Source of the DNA: Candidatus Woesearchaeota archaeon | Lineage (GTDB): Archaea > Nanobdellota > Nanobdellia > SCGC-AAA011-G17 > JACPNG01 | DNA length: 64,000 nt | Direction: 5' to 3' | Assembly (NCBI GenBank): GCA_016185615.1 | Contig: JACPNE010000008.1 | Span: 39,632-103,631, forward strand | Shown: positions 47,527 to 57,030 of the stretch, piece after piece | Position numbering within the stretch: position 1 is the stretch's first letter | Layout: every line of letters begins with the position of its first letter | Notes under the pieces: model-generated | What the model was told of the DNA's origin: nothing | Database searches by the model: none | The model's input: the letters and a program-made list of their open reading frames with translations, nothing else | Program-made: the position numbers and the translations under genes

Positions 47527-49053
47527 ATGGCTAATAATCTATTTACAGAATTGTTTTCTCCAGCAGGAAAAAAAGTTGAGAAAGTAGAAGACATGTCCGT
47601 AGATGAGATAAAAAAAGAAGCTTATGATAGATCAGATCCAGTTGATTTTCTTAAAAAAGCTGTTGATAAGATAAAAGATATAAATAAGAAAAGGCAAGTG
47701 AGAGAAATCCTTATATCAGAGATAAAAAACAAAGGAAAGGGTGTAGAATATTTTCTTGGTTATGATTCAATCTCAGAAGGATTAGAGCCAGTATATTTTT
47801 GGATACTAGATTTCTTAAGAAACAGACCACCCGCAGGATTAGGATTTGAAGTCGACAAGACAAAAGAAGATTTTGAAGCTTCAGTTGGTTCAGCTTTCTA
47901 CGGAGACATCGGCTCAAGGGCAACAAGGATGCAGGAGCAAGCAATGAAGATGCTTGGAACAATCAATACTGTTGTGAGAAGCATGATAAATCTTATTTAT
48001 GATCTAAAAGAGTTCAAGATTAGATTAGAGACTTATGATGAATTAAAATCTCAAGATCCAGATAAGAAAAAAGCAGCCAAGCTTGGATTAAAACAAGTTT
48101 GGCTTGATAATGTAGACATAAAAAGAGGCAGGGGAGCAATACATTCATTGTCACAACAGCTTAACTTTGTCACAATAAGGGATGCTTTCTTATATGCAGA
48201 TAGTATAAAACAAGTTAATTCAATGGATTTGAATGACAGAGTCAAGAGAATATTAATTCCTAGATTAGAAGAATATCAAAAATGGGAAGAATATTCTGAA
48301 AGGGAATTAAGAAAAAGATTCAATATAGAAAGATCTTATCTAAAATCACAGGTAGCGTCATTAAAACTATATGCTGACTGGACAAAGCCATATTTGATAG
48401 CAGCCCAAAAACTTGGGATGAAGGATTTTAAAAGTCCACATATAATTTCTGTATTCAACAATATGGAAATTCATTTATCAATGTTCGGAAAGAAATTGAT
48501 AAACATACAAGATATGATAGACTCGAGAGAGCTTCCTGAAAGAGCAGAGTCAAATGCAAAGTATTATGCATGTGTTGAAGTGGAAATAATGTTCAGAAGT
48601 GTTCCTTATGGTGTAAGGCAATCCCAAACAGGGGTTCAGTACACCCAAGGTGGAAGATCTGAAGCAAAAATAAGGTCTTATGTTTTTAAGGAAGATGATT
48701 TAAAATATTTAAAGGAGCAGGAATTATTCGAGGGATTAGAATTAGTTGATGAGATAGCAGGAACTGCACTAAGGGAGATACATGATGATTTACAGGAATT
48801 TATAAGAGATGAGAAAAGAGAAGAAAAAAAAGAGAAAACTACCCCTATAGTAAAATCTATTTATCAAGCTACAAAGGATTTGACTGTCCCGATTAAGGAT
48901 ACCATTGATATATTCAGGGATTTATTAAAAATTGAACTGTCAGATGAATTTATAGAATCAGAAATGAAGAAAAAAGCTGCTGGAACAGCAGCTGGGAGTG
49001 CATTTACTCTGTATGATGTTTATAAAAAAGCTCATGGAATGTTAAGCTGGTGA
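47527..49053 (+). CDS. Uncharacterised 508-aa mostly helical protein
   Basis: Long ORF divergent from the paralogue triplet; LEPVYFWILDF, LKQVWLDNVD, YDVYKKAHGMLSW. Confidence 0.85.
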   Translation: MANNLFTELFSPAGKKVEKVEDMSVDEIKKEAYDRSDPVDFLKKAVDKIKDINKKRQVREILISEIKNKGKGVEYFLGYDSISEGLEPVYFWILDFLRNRPPAGLGFEVDKTKEDFEASVGSAFYGDIGSRATRMQEQAMKMLGTINTVVRSMINLIYDLKEFKIRLETYDELKSQDPDKKKAAKLGLKQVWLDNVDIKRGRGAIHSLSQQLNFVTIRDAFLYADSIKQVNSMDLNDRVKRILIPRLEEYQKWEEYSERELRKRFNIERSYLKSQVASLKLYADWTKPYLIAAQKLGMKDFKSPHIISVFNNMEIHLSMFGKKLINIQDMIDSRELPERAESNAKYYACVEVEIMFRSVPYGVRQSQTGVQYTQGGRSEAKIRSYVFKEDDLKYLKEQELFEGLELVDEIAGTALREIHDDLQEFIRDEKREEKKEKTTPIVKSIYQATKDLTVPIKDTIDIFRDLLKIELSDEFIESEMKKKAAGTAAGSAFTLYDVYKKAHGMLSW

Positions 49054-49737
49054 TTAACCTAAAAATATCCTTAAATTTTCATTCATAGGGGGCTTTCTTA
49101 ATTTTTTTATTGCTTTATTTTCCGTCTGTCTAACAGCTTCCCTACTAATATTTAAATAGTCTCCGACTTTATCCAAAGTCATAAGTTCTTTTTGGGATGT
49201 GATGTATCTACTTCTTATTTTATGTATTTCTCCAGTACCATCATCTATACCATATCTTAACCTAATAACCATTTGGAGATCAGACGGTAAATTGGATATT
49301 GACTTTTCAAGCGTGTCATTTAACTCATTCTTTTCGTTAAACTTTCCTTCATCTAGATTAACAGAAGGCAATAATTTTTTATCAATTCCTGTTAATGAAA
49401 TTAATTCAATCTTTGATATTTTTCTATCAACAACTCTTTTTGTTAATTTAACATCTCTCAACTCTACGGGGAATACTTCATCCTCACACATTGGAATTCC
49501 ATTAGCAGTATAAAAATCACAGATCATAAATCTATGTTTTTCAGTAGGGTATTCTCTCATACACTCATAAGCGTTATAAGCTACAGGATAAATTCCTATT
49601 TGTTTAGCTGCTTCTATTTGTTTTAATCCCAATTTCTCTCTAGCTTTAACTAAAGCAGCATTCTTCAATCTAGCTTCTACTCTAACCTCAAAATTCTCGC
49701 CTATTTCGCTATATTTATCCATAAAAAGATTAATCAA
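49054..49737 (-). CDS. XRE-type HTH fused to sigma70 region 4
   Basis: LVKAREKLGLKQIEAAKQIGI...YE; LPSDLQMVIRLRYGIDDG...MTLDKVGDYLNISREAVRQTENKAIKKLRKP. Confidence 0.85.
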   Translation of the reverse strand: MINLFMDKYSEIGENFEVRVEARLKNAALVKAREKLGLKQIEAAKQIGIYPVAYNAYECMREYPTEKHRFMICDFYTANGIPMCEDEVFPVELRDVKLTKRVVDRKISKIELISLTGIDKKLLPSVNLDEGKFNEKNELNDTLEKSISNLPSDLQMVIRLRYGIDDGTGEIHKIRSRYITSQKELMTLDKVGDYLNISREAVRQTENKAIKKLRKPPMNENLRIFLG

Positions 49738-49824
49738 AACTAGATTATAAATCTTACGATTCTTGATTATCTCTCAGTAGTAAAAATTAATATTATGTTT
49801 AATTTTAAATTTGTAAGTATGATT

Positions 49825-50325
49825 TTATGTTAACTTTTCAAGTTTTATCTCATTTTCATAAGTTAAATTTTCTACTTTAATTCCATCTTCAAATGCCTCG
49901 GGATGATTAATCAAATCCTTAAGGCCTTTAATTAATTCCTTAGTAAAATGAAATAATTTTTTATCATATCTAAAAAACGGTGTTATTATCCTATATGAAT
50001 CCCCATCTATAAATTTATAATTATAAGGAAAGACAACTTCTCTTTGATCTAAAGAGATATCTGGATTTAAAGTTATAGCATTATATATTATTAAAGTATA
50101 TTCATTTTTATCTGATACGAATAAAGCGGCATGTGCCAAATAAAGTTTAGATAGATCTAAAAATAATTTAGATTGTTCTAGTTTTTTAGATTCTACGACA
50201 GCTAAGTCTTTATTTTCAATTGCAGATGAAAGAATAAAATAATTAATCGCTATTTTAGCCTCTAAAGAGTGTATATACAAATCAGTAAGATTTTTTATTT
50301 TGTTGGTTGTGAACTCTATAGTCAT
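49825..50325 (-). CDS. Hypothetical protein
   Basis: 166-aa AT-rich ORF. Confidence 0.55.
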   Translation of the reverse strand: MTIEFTTNKIKNLTDLYIHSLEAKIAINYFILSSAIENKDLAVVESKKLEQSKLFLDLSKLYLAHAALFVSDKNEYTLIIYNAITLNPDISLDQREVVFPYNYKFIDGDSYRIITPFFRYDKKLFHFTKELIKGLKDLINHPEAFEDGIKVENLTYENEIKLEKLT

Positions 50326-50402
50326 ATAAAAATAGATTATGCAACAAGTTTATAACCCTAACTACTAACAATATTTATAAGTTATAAATTCTTTAATATT
50401 TA

Positions 50403-50801
50403 ATGTCAGAAGAAGAGAAAAATAACAAGAAGAAGCAAGAAAAAGAAGAAACAATAGATGATTTAGTTGAAACTGCAGAGGTTATCAATACAAGACCAAC
50501 AATATTAAGCGAGGAAGAAAATAAAACAGAACAAGTAGAACAGCAAAGATTCATCTCAAGAAATGATTCATTGGAAGATACTGCAGCAGAATCTCCTGCT
50601 CCAAGAAGGGAAACAATAGATTATGATCCAATAACTCCTCAACTAAGCCCTCTAAATACAAGGGATGAAGAAGATAAAGTCGACTTAAAATATCATCCTG
50701 AGAAACTTTATGAACCCAAATATTCTCATGACAAGATAGGAGAAAAGAAAGAAGAAAAAAAGGAAAAAATTTATACAACAAAGAGGGAGATAATCTCATA
50801 A
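50403..50801 (+). CDS. Acidic, probably disordered protein
   Basis: E/K/P/T-rich 132 aa, 1 nt before the TIM-barrel gene. Confidence 0.7.
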   Translation: MSEEEKNNKKKQEKEETIDDLVETAEVINTRPTILSEEENKTEQVEQQRFISRNDSLEDTAAESPAPRRETIDYDPITPQLSPLNTRDEEDKVDLKYHPEKLYEPKYSHDKIGEKKEEKKEKIYTTKREIIS

Positions 50802-50802
50802 G

Positions 50803-52689
50803 ATGGTAGATATGTTTTTTGATAAATATAAGGGAGCAATGGACTCTAAGTATTATATTCCAAGTGGATCATTTGCCTCTACAACAAATCCACAGACAGC
50901 AAATCAGATAGCTGAAGCTACCCAGAAATTAAATGCTGGAGTTATGGGAATAGATATTTCTCAAATTAGTCCAGATATATTCCAAAGTATTCCTAAAGAG
51001 CATTTTACTGAGATAGGAAGATTGACAAAATTAACTGGAGCTGAGGTTGATCTACATGCTCCTGTACAAGATATGGATCCAGCAGGATTCTCAAGGGAAG
51101 GATGGAGTGAACAAAAGAGATTAGAAGTCCAAAGACAATTTGAAGATGCCTTAGAGAAAGGACATTTATTGGATCCAAAAGGAAACATTCCAGTTAACTT
51201 TCATGCTTCTGGGGGTGTTCCTGGAAAAACATGGAGAGATATTAAAAAAGAAGACTTGAATAAATTTGTAGATAAAAAAGAAGCTGAGAGGGCCATCAAA
51301 AATAATATGAAGATTGAAGATACAATGGGAATAGTCAACCAAGAAACTGGACAACTACAACAATTAAGATATGATGTAAGAAAAGGTTTTGGTGGAAAAG
51401 ATGAGATATGGACTCCTGAGAGAAGGAGAAAGTCATTAAACTTAACAGAATGGGAGAGGGGAAATCTACAATTATTCACATTACAAAAAGAAAAAGCAGA
51501 GATACAAGAAAGATTGATTAATCAGCAAGCAGGCATTGGGCCAATAAGGGATAGAATAGAAAAAGGACTTCATTTGTCTGACCAACAAAAGGAAGAGTTT
51601 AGTATGATACAAAGCAGGATTAATTCATTACAATCGCATATAGATGAGATTGAAAGGAATATTGGGACTCAATTGATTGATATAAATGATAAAGTAAAAA
51701 AATATTCCCCAAGAGCATTAAATGATGAACAAAAATCAGCAAAAGAAATGTTTGATAGAGAGACTAATAATCTAAATCATATAAATAATGAATTAAGGAA
51801 GATGATAGATAGCGGAAGATATCCAAGAGAGGTAATTGCAAAGAAATGGAAAGAGGTTGATGAAGAGGAAAAAAGGATTTATGATAGGGTAGTATCGACA
51901 CTCTCAAGATTACCAATTCCAGAGGTCTGGAAATCAACAGATGATTTCTCTAAAGAAAAAACAGCGCAAACCGTAGCAGATGCAACATTTGAAGTCTACA
52001 AAAAATATGGAAGTAATTCTCCAACTACAGTTGTTGAGAATATCTTTCCAGAATGGACCATATCAAGAGCTGAAGATTTAAAGGAGACAATAGAAAAAAG
52101 CAGAAAAATATTTGCTGAAAAATTATCGAAAGAAAAACATATTTCAATGGATGAAGCTAAAAAAGTAGCTTCTAAACACATTGGGGTTACATGGGATGTT
52201 GGACATATTAATATGTTAAGAAAGCAAGGATTTACAGAACAAGAGATAATTCAGGAAGCAAAGAAAATTGCTCCATTAGTAAAACAAGTCCACCTTACAG
52301 ACAATTTTGGATTTAATGATGTGCATTTGCCAGCAGGAATGGGAAATGTCCCAATTGAAGGACAATTAAAAGAGCTACAAAAAAAAGGTTTCAAGATAGA
52401 AAAAGGAAGATTAGTTCATGAGGGCGGGGGCTGGTGGCAACACTTCAAGACAGATCCTGTTGTAGAAGCAATGGGTAATCTAGATACGCCATTATATCCA
52501 ATGGAATCAGAGCCAAGATGGGGGTATATGAGAGATACAGAAGGGGTCTATAAATATGGATTTGGGGATATTCTTCCAGAAATGCACTTCAAAGATTTGT
52601 ATGGTGGAGGATTCTCGACATTGCCAAAAGAACTTGGCGGACAAGTTGGTGGAGATAGATCCAGATTTACCGGAACACCAAACCAGTAA
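50803..52689 (+). CDS. Xylose-isomerase/AP-endonuclease-2-like TIM-barrel metalloprotein with large coiled-coil insertion
   Basis: LHAP, NFHAS, VVEN, TWDVGH, VHLTDNFGFNDVHLPAGMGNVP, VHE metal-ligand pattern. Confidence 0.85.
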   Translation: MVDMFFDKYKGAMDSKYYIPSGSFASTTNPQTANQIAEATQKLNAGVMGIDISQISPDIFQSIPKEHFTEIGRLTKLTGAEVDLHAPVQDMDPAGFSREGWSEQKRLEVQRQFEDALEKGHLLDPKGNIPVNFHASGGVPGKTWRDIKKEDLNKFVDKKEAERAIKNNMKIEDTMGIVNQETGQLQQLRYDVRKGFGGKDEIWTPERRRKSLNLTEWERGNLQLFTLQKEKAEIQERLINQQAGIGPIRDRIEKGLHLSDQQKEEFSMIQSRINSLQSHIDEIERNIGTQLIDINDKVKKYSPRALNDEQKSAKEMFDRETNNLNHINNELRKMIDSGRYPREVIAKKWKEVDEEEKRIYDRVVSTLSRLPIPEVWKSTDDFSKEKTAQTVADATFEVYKKYGSNSPTTVVENIFPEWTISRAEDLKETIEKSRKIFAEKLSKEKHISMDEAKKVASKHIGVTWDVGHINMLRKQGFTEQEIIQEAKKIAPLVKQVHLTDNFGFNDVHLPAGMGNVPIEGQLKELQKKGFKIEKGRLVHEGGGWWQHFKTDPVVEAMGNLDTPLYPMESEPRWGYMRDTEGVYKYGFGDILPEMHFKDLYGGGFSTLPKELGGQVGGDRSRFTGTPNQ

Positions 52690-52731
52690 GTAATATTTAT
52701 AAAACAGAGAATATTTTATTTAAAAGAAGGG

Positions 52732-53523
52732 GTGAGTATGGAACAAAAATATAACAAGCAAAGGATTGATATTTCTTATGACTTTGCTGTAAAAGCTTAT
52801 CAAAAATTTAACAAAGTAATAAAGTCAATAGTTCTTTTCGGCTCTTCAGCAAAACATTTAGCGGAGGAAAAATCTGATATTGATATTATTGTTATTGTCG
52901 ATGACTGCTCAATCCAATGGGATGAAGAATTAGTTGCTTGGTATAGACAAGAGATGGGCACTTTAGTTGCATCATTAAAATATCCTAAAAAACTTCATGT
53001 TAATACTGTAACATTATCAGCATTCTGGAATCAGATGATTACAGGAGAGCCTGTTGTAATAAATGTAATAAGATATGGGATTCCATTAATTGATTTCGGG
53101 GGCTTTTTTAATCCATTAAAAGTATTATTATCAAAAGGAAGGATAAGGCCAACTCCAGAAGCAATTTATAATGCATTAAACAGGGCTCCAATGCATTTAG
53201 CAAGAGCAAAATTTAGCATATTATCATCAATGGAATCAGTATACTGGGCAATGGTAGATTCTGCACATGCAGCTTTAATGTCAGCCAATGTTGCTCCTCC
53301 TTCTCCAGAGCATATTGATATTATGTTAAAGCAGCATTTTGTAAAGAAAGGAATGCTGAAACAGAAATATGTGGATTGGTATAAAGAAGTCTATGCTTTA
53401 GCCCATTATGTAAGCCATGGAGAGGTTGCTGATCTGGATGGAAAAGAAATCCAAGAATTCAGAGATAAAGCAGATAAGTTTGTTGGAGAGATGGCTGCTT
53501 TGGTTAAAAATTTAGAAGAATAA
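52732..53523 (+). CDS. Minimal nucleotidyltransferase fused to HEPN domain
   Basis: IVLFGSSA...SDIDIIVIVDD; YWAMVDSAHAALM...HFVKKG HEPN-like C-terminus. Confidence 0.85.
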   Translation: MSMEQKYNKQRIDISYDFAVKAYQKFNKVIKSIVLFGSSAKHLAEEKSDIDIIVIVDDCSIQWDEELVAWYRQEMGTLVASLKYPKKLHVNTVTLSAFWNQMITGEPVVINVIRYGIPLIDFGGFFNPLKVLLSKGRIRPTPEAIYNALNRAPMHLARAKFSILSSMESVYWAMVDSAHAALMSANVAPPSPEHIDIMLKQHFVKKGMLKQKYVDWYKEVYALAHYVSHGEVADLDGKEIQEFRDKADKFVGEMAALVKNLEE

Positions 53524-53528
53524 AAGAA

Positions 53529-54146
53529 TTATTTCTTCTCTTCTTTCTTAGGCAATAATGCCTCTTCAGTTGATTTCAATCCATCACTTGTAAAGTCATC
53601 ATCAATTCTTACTTTGACATGATCATACATTCTCTGTGTTAGATTTTGCATCGTTATTCCAGCTAAGACTATCTTCTTTTCTTCTTCTGTTGAATCTTTC
53701 TTCTTCTGTAGTTCATTTGCCTTTTTTATTAAGTCGCCATAAGTCATTTCCATATCTTTGACAACATCTGGAATATATCCTTTATATCCAGCCTTTCCAA
53801 CTGCTTCTACTATATCCTTAACTCTTGCTTTTGCATATAACTCAGATGAATTTTTGTAATACTGTTCTAATGCATTTTGTGCATAACCTGGAAGAATTCC
53901 TCCATTAGCAGCTATTTGTTGTCCTAATCCAGCCATCCAAGGCATAACTTCTTTTCTTATATCTTCAGAAAATCCCTTAATATAATTCTCTAAACCTTTA
54001 GAGGCGTATCTTGTACCTACAGCTTGATTTTTATGCTTTCTATCTTCTTCGTTCTCTCCATTAAACTCAACATACCCTACATGAAGATTTGCGTGTCTAA
54101 GAATATCTTCAATTGTTACTGGTTTTTCTTTTTTTTCTTCTGCCAT
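53529..54146 (-). CDS. Hypothetical protein
   Basis: 205-aa helical ORF. Confidence 0.7.
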   Translation of the reverse strand: MAEEKKEKPVTIEDILRHANLHVGYVEFNGENEEDRKHKNQAVGTRYASKGLENYIKGFSEDIRKEVMPWMAGLGQQIAANGGILPGYAQNALEQYYKNSSELYAKARVKDIVEAVGKAGYKGYIPDVVKDMEMTYGDLIKKANELQKKKDSTEEEKKIVLAGITMQNLTQRMYDHVKVRIDDDFTSDGLKSTEEALLPKKEEKK

Positions 54147-54269
54147 TTTTATCTCTTTACATCATTTATTACTTTATAGTAGTATAATTTATTTATAAAT
54201 CTTTCGTTTATTAAATAATTACTAAAAAAAGCCAAAAGTATATAAATATCTTTTACTCCCAAAAACCAA

Positions 54270-54467
54270 GCCCGGCATTGAGAATACTCAATGGAGTGCG
54301 GCAATAGCCAAGGCGATGAGCTTGGGAGTTAGTGAACCGGGCAATAATCATTAATCAAAGAACAAGGATATTAAAATAATCATTTTTCATTTTGAGGTCG
54401 ATATTACAAATATAATGGAAAGAAAGTAATAATATTATTTATACTTAAGTTTAGTATCTTGTTCTTT
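54270..54467 (+). ncRNA. Candidate structured leader or small RNA upstream of dnaG
   Basis: TATATAAA at 54239; GCCCGG/CCGGGC closing stem 54270-54342 with CATTGAG-AATA-CTCAATG hairpin; long stem 54357-54375/54450-54467. Confidence 0.55.
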
Positions 54468-54501
54468 AAGGATGTATAAAATATGATGGGAGTTGATTTA
54501 A

Positions 54502-55710
54502 ATGGCAAAAATAAGTCCTGTATCAGCAAAATATATAGTTCATACTCAAATCCAAATAGAGGGGGTTGTAGACCGTCCTGATGTCATAGGAGCAATATTT
54601 GGACAGACAGAAGGATTACTTGGATCAGATCTAGAGCTAAGAGAATTACAAAGATCAGGTAGAATCGGAAGAATTGAAGTAAAATCCGAGACAAGAGCTG
54701 GAAAAACATTCGGAACAATAATTATTCCTTCTTCTTTAGACAAGGCAGAGACTGCAATAATAGCAGCATCTCTGGAAACAATACAGAGAATAGGCCCATG
54801 TAATGCAAGAGTAAGAATAGAAAAGATAGAAGACGTAAGAGTATCAAAAAGAAACTTTGTTATCGAAAGAGCAAAGGAACTATTGAAAGTGTTGACAGAC
54901 TCTGTATTGCCAGATTCTCAAGAGATAACAGATGAAGTAGCCCAATCTGTAAGAATGATGGAGATAACAGAATATGGCAAGGATAGATTGCCGGCTGGTC
55001 CTGCAATAGATGAATCAGAAGATGTTATAGTTGTAGAGGGAAGGGCGGATGTCCTCAATCTATTAAAACATGGAATAAAGAATGTTATTGGATTAAATGG
55101 AACTTCTACAACAGACACAATAATTGAGCTTGGAAAGAGAAAAGTATTAACTGTATTTGTTGATGGGGACAGGGGCGGAGACTTAATTGTAAAAGGATTA
55201 GCAAATGTAACAGAAATTGATTATGTGTCTAAAGCCCCAGATGGAAAGGAAGTAGAAGAGATAACAAAGAAAGAAATCCATAAGGCATTAAGGGCAAGGA
55301 TTACTGTTGAACAGATTAATATCGAGTCACAGCAAATGCAAATGCCTCTTGAAAAACAAAATAATATTAAAGAGGTAAAAGTACAGCCACAGCAAAGAAT
55401 TATATCCAATGTTGTTTTATCAACACAACAAAAGCAGAATTTCAAGAGAATGTTGGATGATCTAATAGGAACAAGAGGGGCTTATATCCTAGATGAGGAA
55501 ATGAACATCCTTGGAAAGGTGCCAACTTCTGAGTTAATACCAACAATAAAATCACTAAATTCAGTATTTGCTGTAGTATTCGATGGAACTATCAATAGAG
55601 ATATAACAAATATAGCAGATAGAGCAAATGTAAAATATTTGGTTGGAATGGACTCAAGGGTCAGGCCAAATGACACAAGGGCAGACATCTTAGTGAGTAA
55701 TGACTTATAA
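54502..55710 (+). CDS. dnaG: Archaeal DnaG-type primase-like protein
   Basis: DVIGAIFGQTEGLLG, LRELQRSGRIGRIEV, TOPRIM VVEGRADVLNLL and FVDGDRGG. Confidence 0.96.
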   Translation: MAKISPVSAKYIVHTQIQIEGVVDRPDVIGAIFGQTEGLLGSDLELRELQRSGRIGRIEVKSETRAGKTFGTIIIPSSLDKAETAIIAASLETIQRIGPCNARVRIEKIEDVRVSKRNFVIERAKELLKVLTDSVLPDSQEITDEVAQSVRMMEITEYGKDRLPAGPAIDESEDVIVVEGRADVLNLLKHGIKNVIGLNGTSTTDTIIELGKRKVLTVFVDGDRGGDLIVKGLANVTEIDYVSKAPDGKEVEEITKKEIHKALRARITVEQINIESQQMQMPLEKQNNIKEVKVQPQQRIISNVVLSTQQKQNFKRMLDDLIGTRGAYILDEEMNILGKVPTSELIPTIKSLNSVFAVVFDGTINRDITNIADRANVKYLVGMDSRVRPNDTRADILVSNDL

Positions 55711-55749
55711 CAAAATATTAATATAGTTTAAATTTTTTTATTTTTAAAT

Positions 55750-56256
55750 ATGGAATTTGCAAAAAGGGGGATAAAAAATATCTCTGCGAAGAACGTAATT
55801 ATTGTATTATTAGTTGTAATAATTGCTGTATGGTTCTTATTTTTCTCGAATATAATAAAAAAGGAATGCTCAACAATAGAATGCTTTAATGAGCAGGCAG
55901 TTAACTGTGAACCTACAAAATTTACAGGCATAATAGACAATAATGTATTCAGATATACAATAAATGGCTACAAAGGAGATTCTTGTTTGATTGATATTGA
56001 ATTGAATAGAATGGGAATTGGAACTCCGATTGAATTAATTAATATGTTTGAGGGAAAATCTATGGAATGCAGAATTCCTAGTGAGAGATTGAATAATATA
56101 ACTATAAACCAAATGGGTGATGTTATAAATTATTGTTCTGGTCCATTAAAAGAGTCTATTTATGAGTTGATAATTAAGAAGCTTTATGGATTAGTTATAC
56201 AGAATATGGGTGAAATTCTGAATGATTTGGATAAGAATTTGTTTAAAGAAAAATAA
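55750..56256 (+). CDS. Membrane-anchored Cys-rich exported protein
   Basis: N-terminal TM, six Cys, CSGPLKE. Confidence 0.75.
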   Translation: MEFAKRGIKNISAKNVIIVLLVVIIAVWFLFFSNIIKKECSTIECFNEQAVNCEPTKFTGIIDNNVFRYTINGYKGDSCLIDIELNRMGIGTPIELINMFEGKSMECRIPSERLNNITINQMGDVINYCSGPLKESIYELIIKKLYGLVIQNMGEILNDLDKNLFKEK

Positions 56257-56257
56257 T

Positions 56258-56950
56258 TTAATATTTTGAGATATTTTCTGTATTATTAATTATTCCAAAG
56301 GCACTACCACTACCGCCACTGTCTACACTACCAATCCCCAGTCTATCACCAAGCCAACGACCAGATCCCAGGGCTGAAAAATTAATTATATGAGAATGAA
56401 CGCGCCTGAACGCAAATAACCATGGTAGATCTTTATATATCTCACCCAAAGTAGATATTTCAGCTAACTTGGCTGCACCTTCCCCTCCAGCCAATCCCAA
56501 TATAAAAGGATTCCTTTCTAATTCTGAAGGTGACATATATTCTGTATTATATCCATAAGGAACAAATCTAACACTAGGATCATTTTTCTCCAATTTTTTA
56601 ATTATATCATCTTCTTTCATATAAGGCATTTCATCCTTCATCTTAGGATTATCTTCAAAATAAACCCCCTTAGGAGCATAAAGTATTCCTGTAAATGCCC
56701 ATATGTATGTATTCTTCATTATATTTACAATATCTATAAACTCGGGTTCATAACTTAGAAAAGCTTGGAGAACCAAAGAAGAAGTTTCTGCCATTGTCGG
56801 AAGTTTCAATTTATTTCTCAAAATAAAATCCGTTGCGTGAGAATATGCTCCCTGACAACGTTTATCATAAACAAAAGTTATAATAGAATTATTATGAGGA
56901 ATATCTATTTCTGTTCTTCTTATTTTGTAATTCTGTGTTTGTGTTGCCAT
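56258..56950 (-). CDS. DGR-type variable protein (putative C-type-lectin fold)
   Basis: C-terminus SALGSGRWLGDRLGIGSVDSGGSGSAFGI resembles variable regions of DPANN DGR targets; NNY-rich codons. Confidence 0.6.
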   Translation of the reverse strand: MATQTQNYKIRRTEIDIPHNNSIITFVYDKRCQGAYSHATDFILRNKLKLPTMAETSSLVLQAFLSYEPEFIDIVNIMKNTYIWAFTGILYAPKGVYFEDNPKMKDEMPYMKEDDIIKKLEKNDPSVRFVPYGYNTEYMSPSELERNPFILGLAGGEGAAKLAEISTLGEIYKDLPWLFAFRRVHSHIINFSALGSGRWLGDRLGIGSVDSGGSGSAFGIINNTENISKY

Positions 56951-57030
56951 CTAAGTTTCACGACTTTTTAGAAATTAAGCTAAAAATAAGCTTATTTATT
57001 TATTTATAAATTTTTAGTATTATTTAAAAA

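Noticed and set aside
54270-54342. Fluoride riboswitch or HDV-like ribozyme (GGCGATG, GCCCGGCA)
   Set aside because: Only short word matches; the required pseudoknot pairings could not be built
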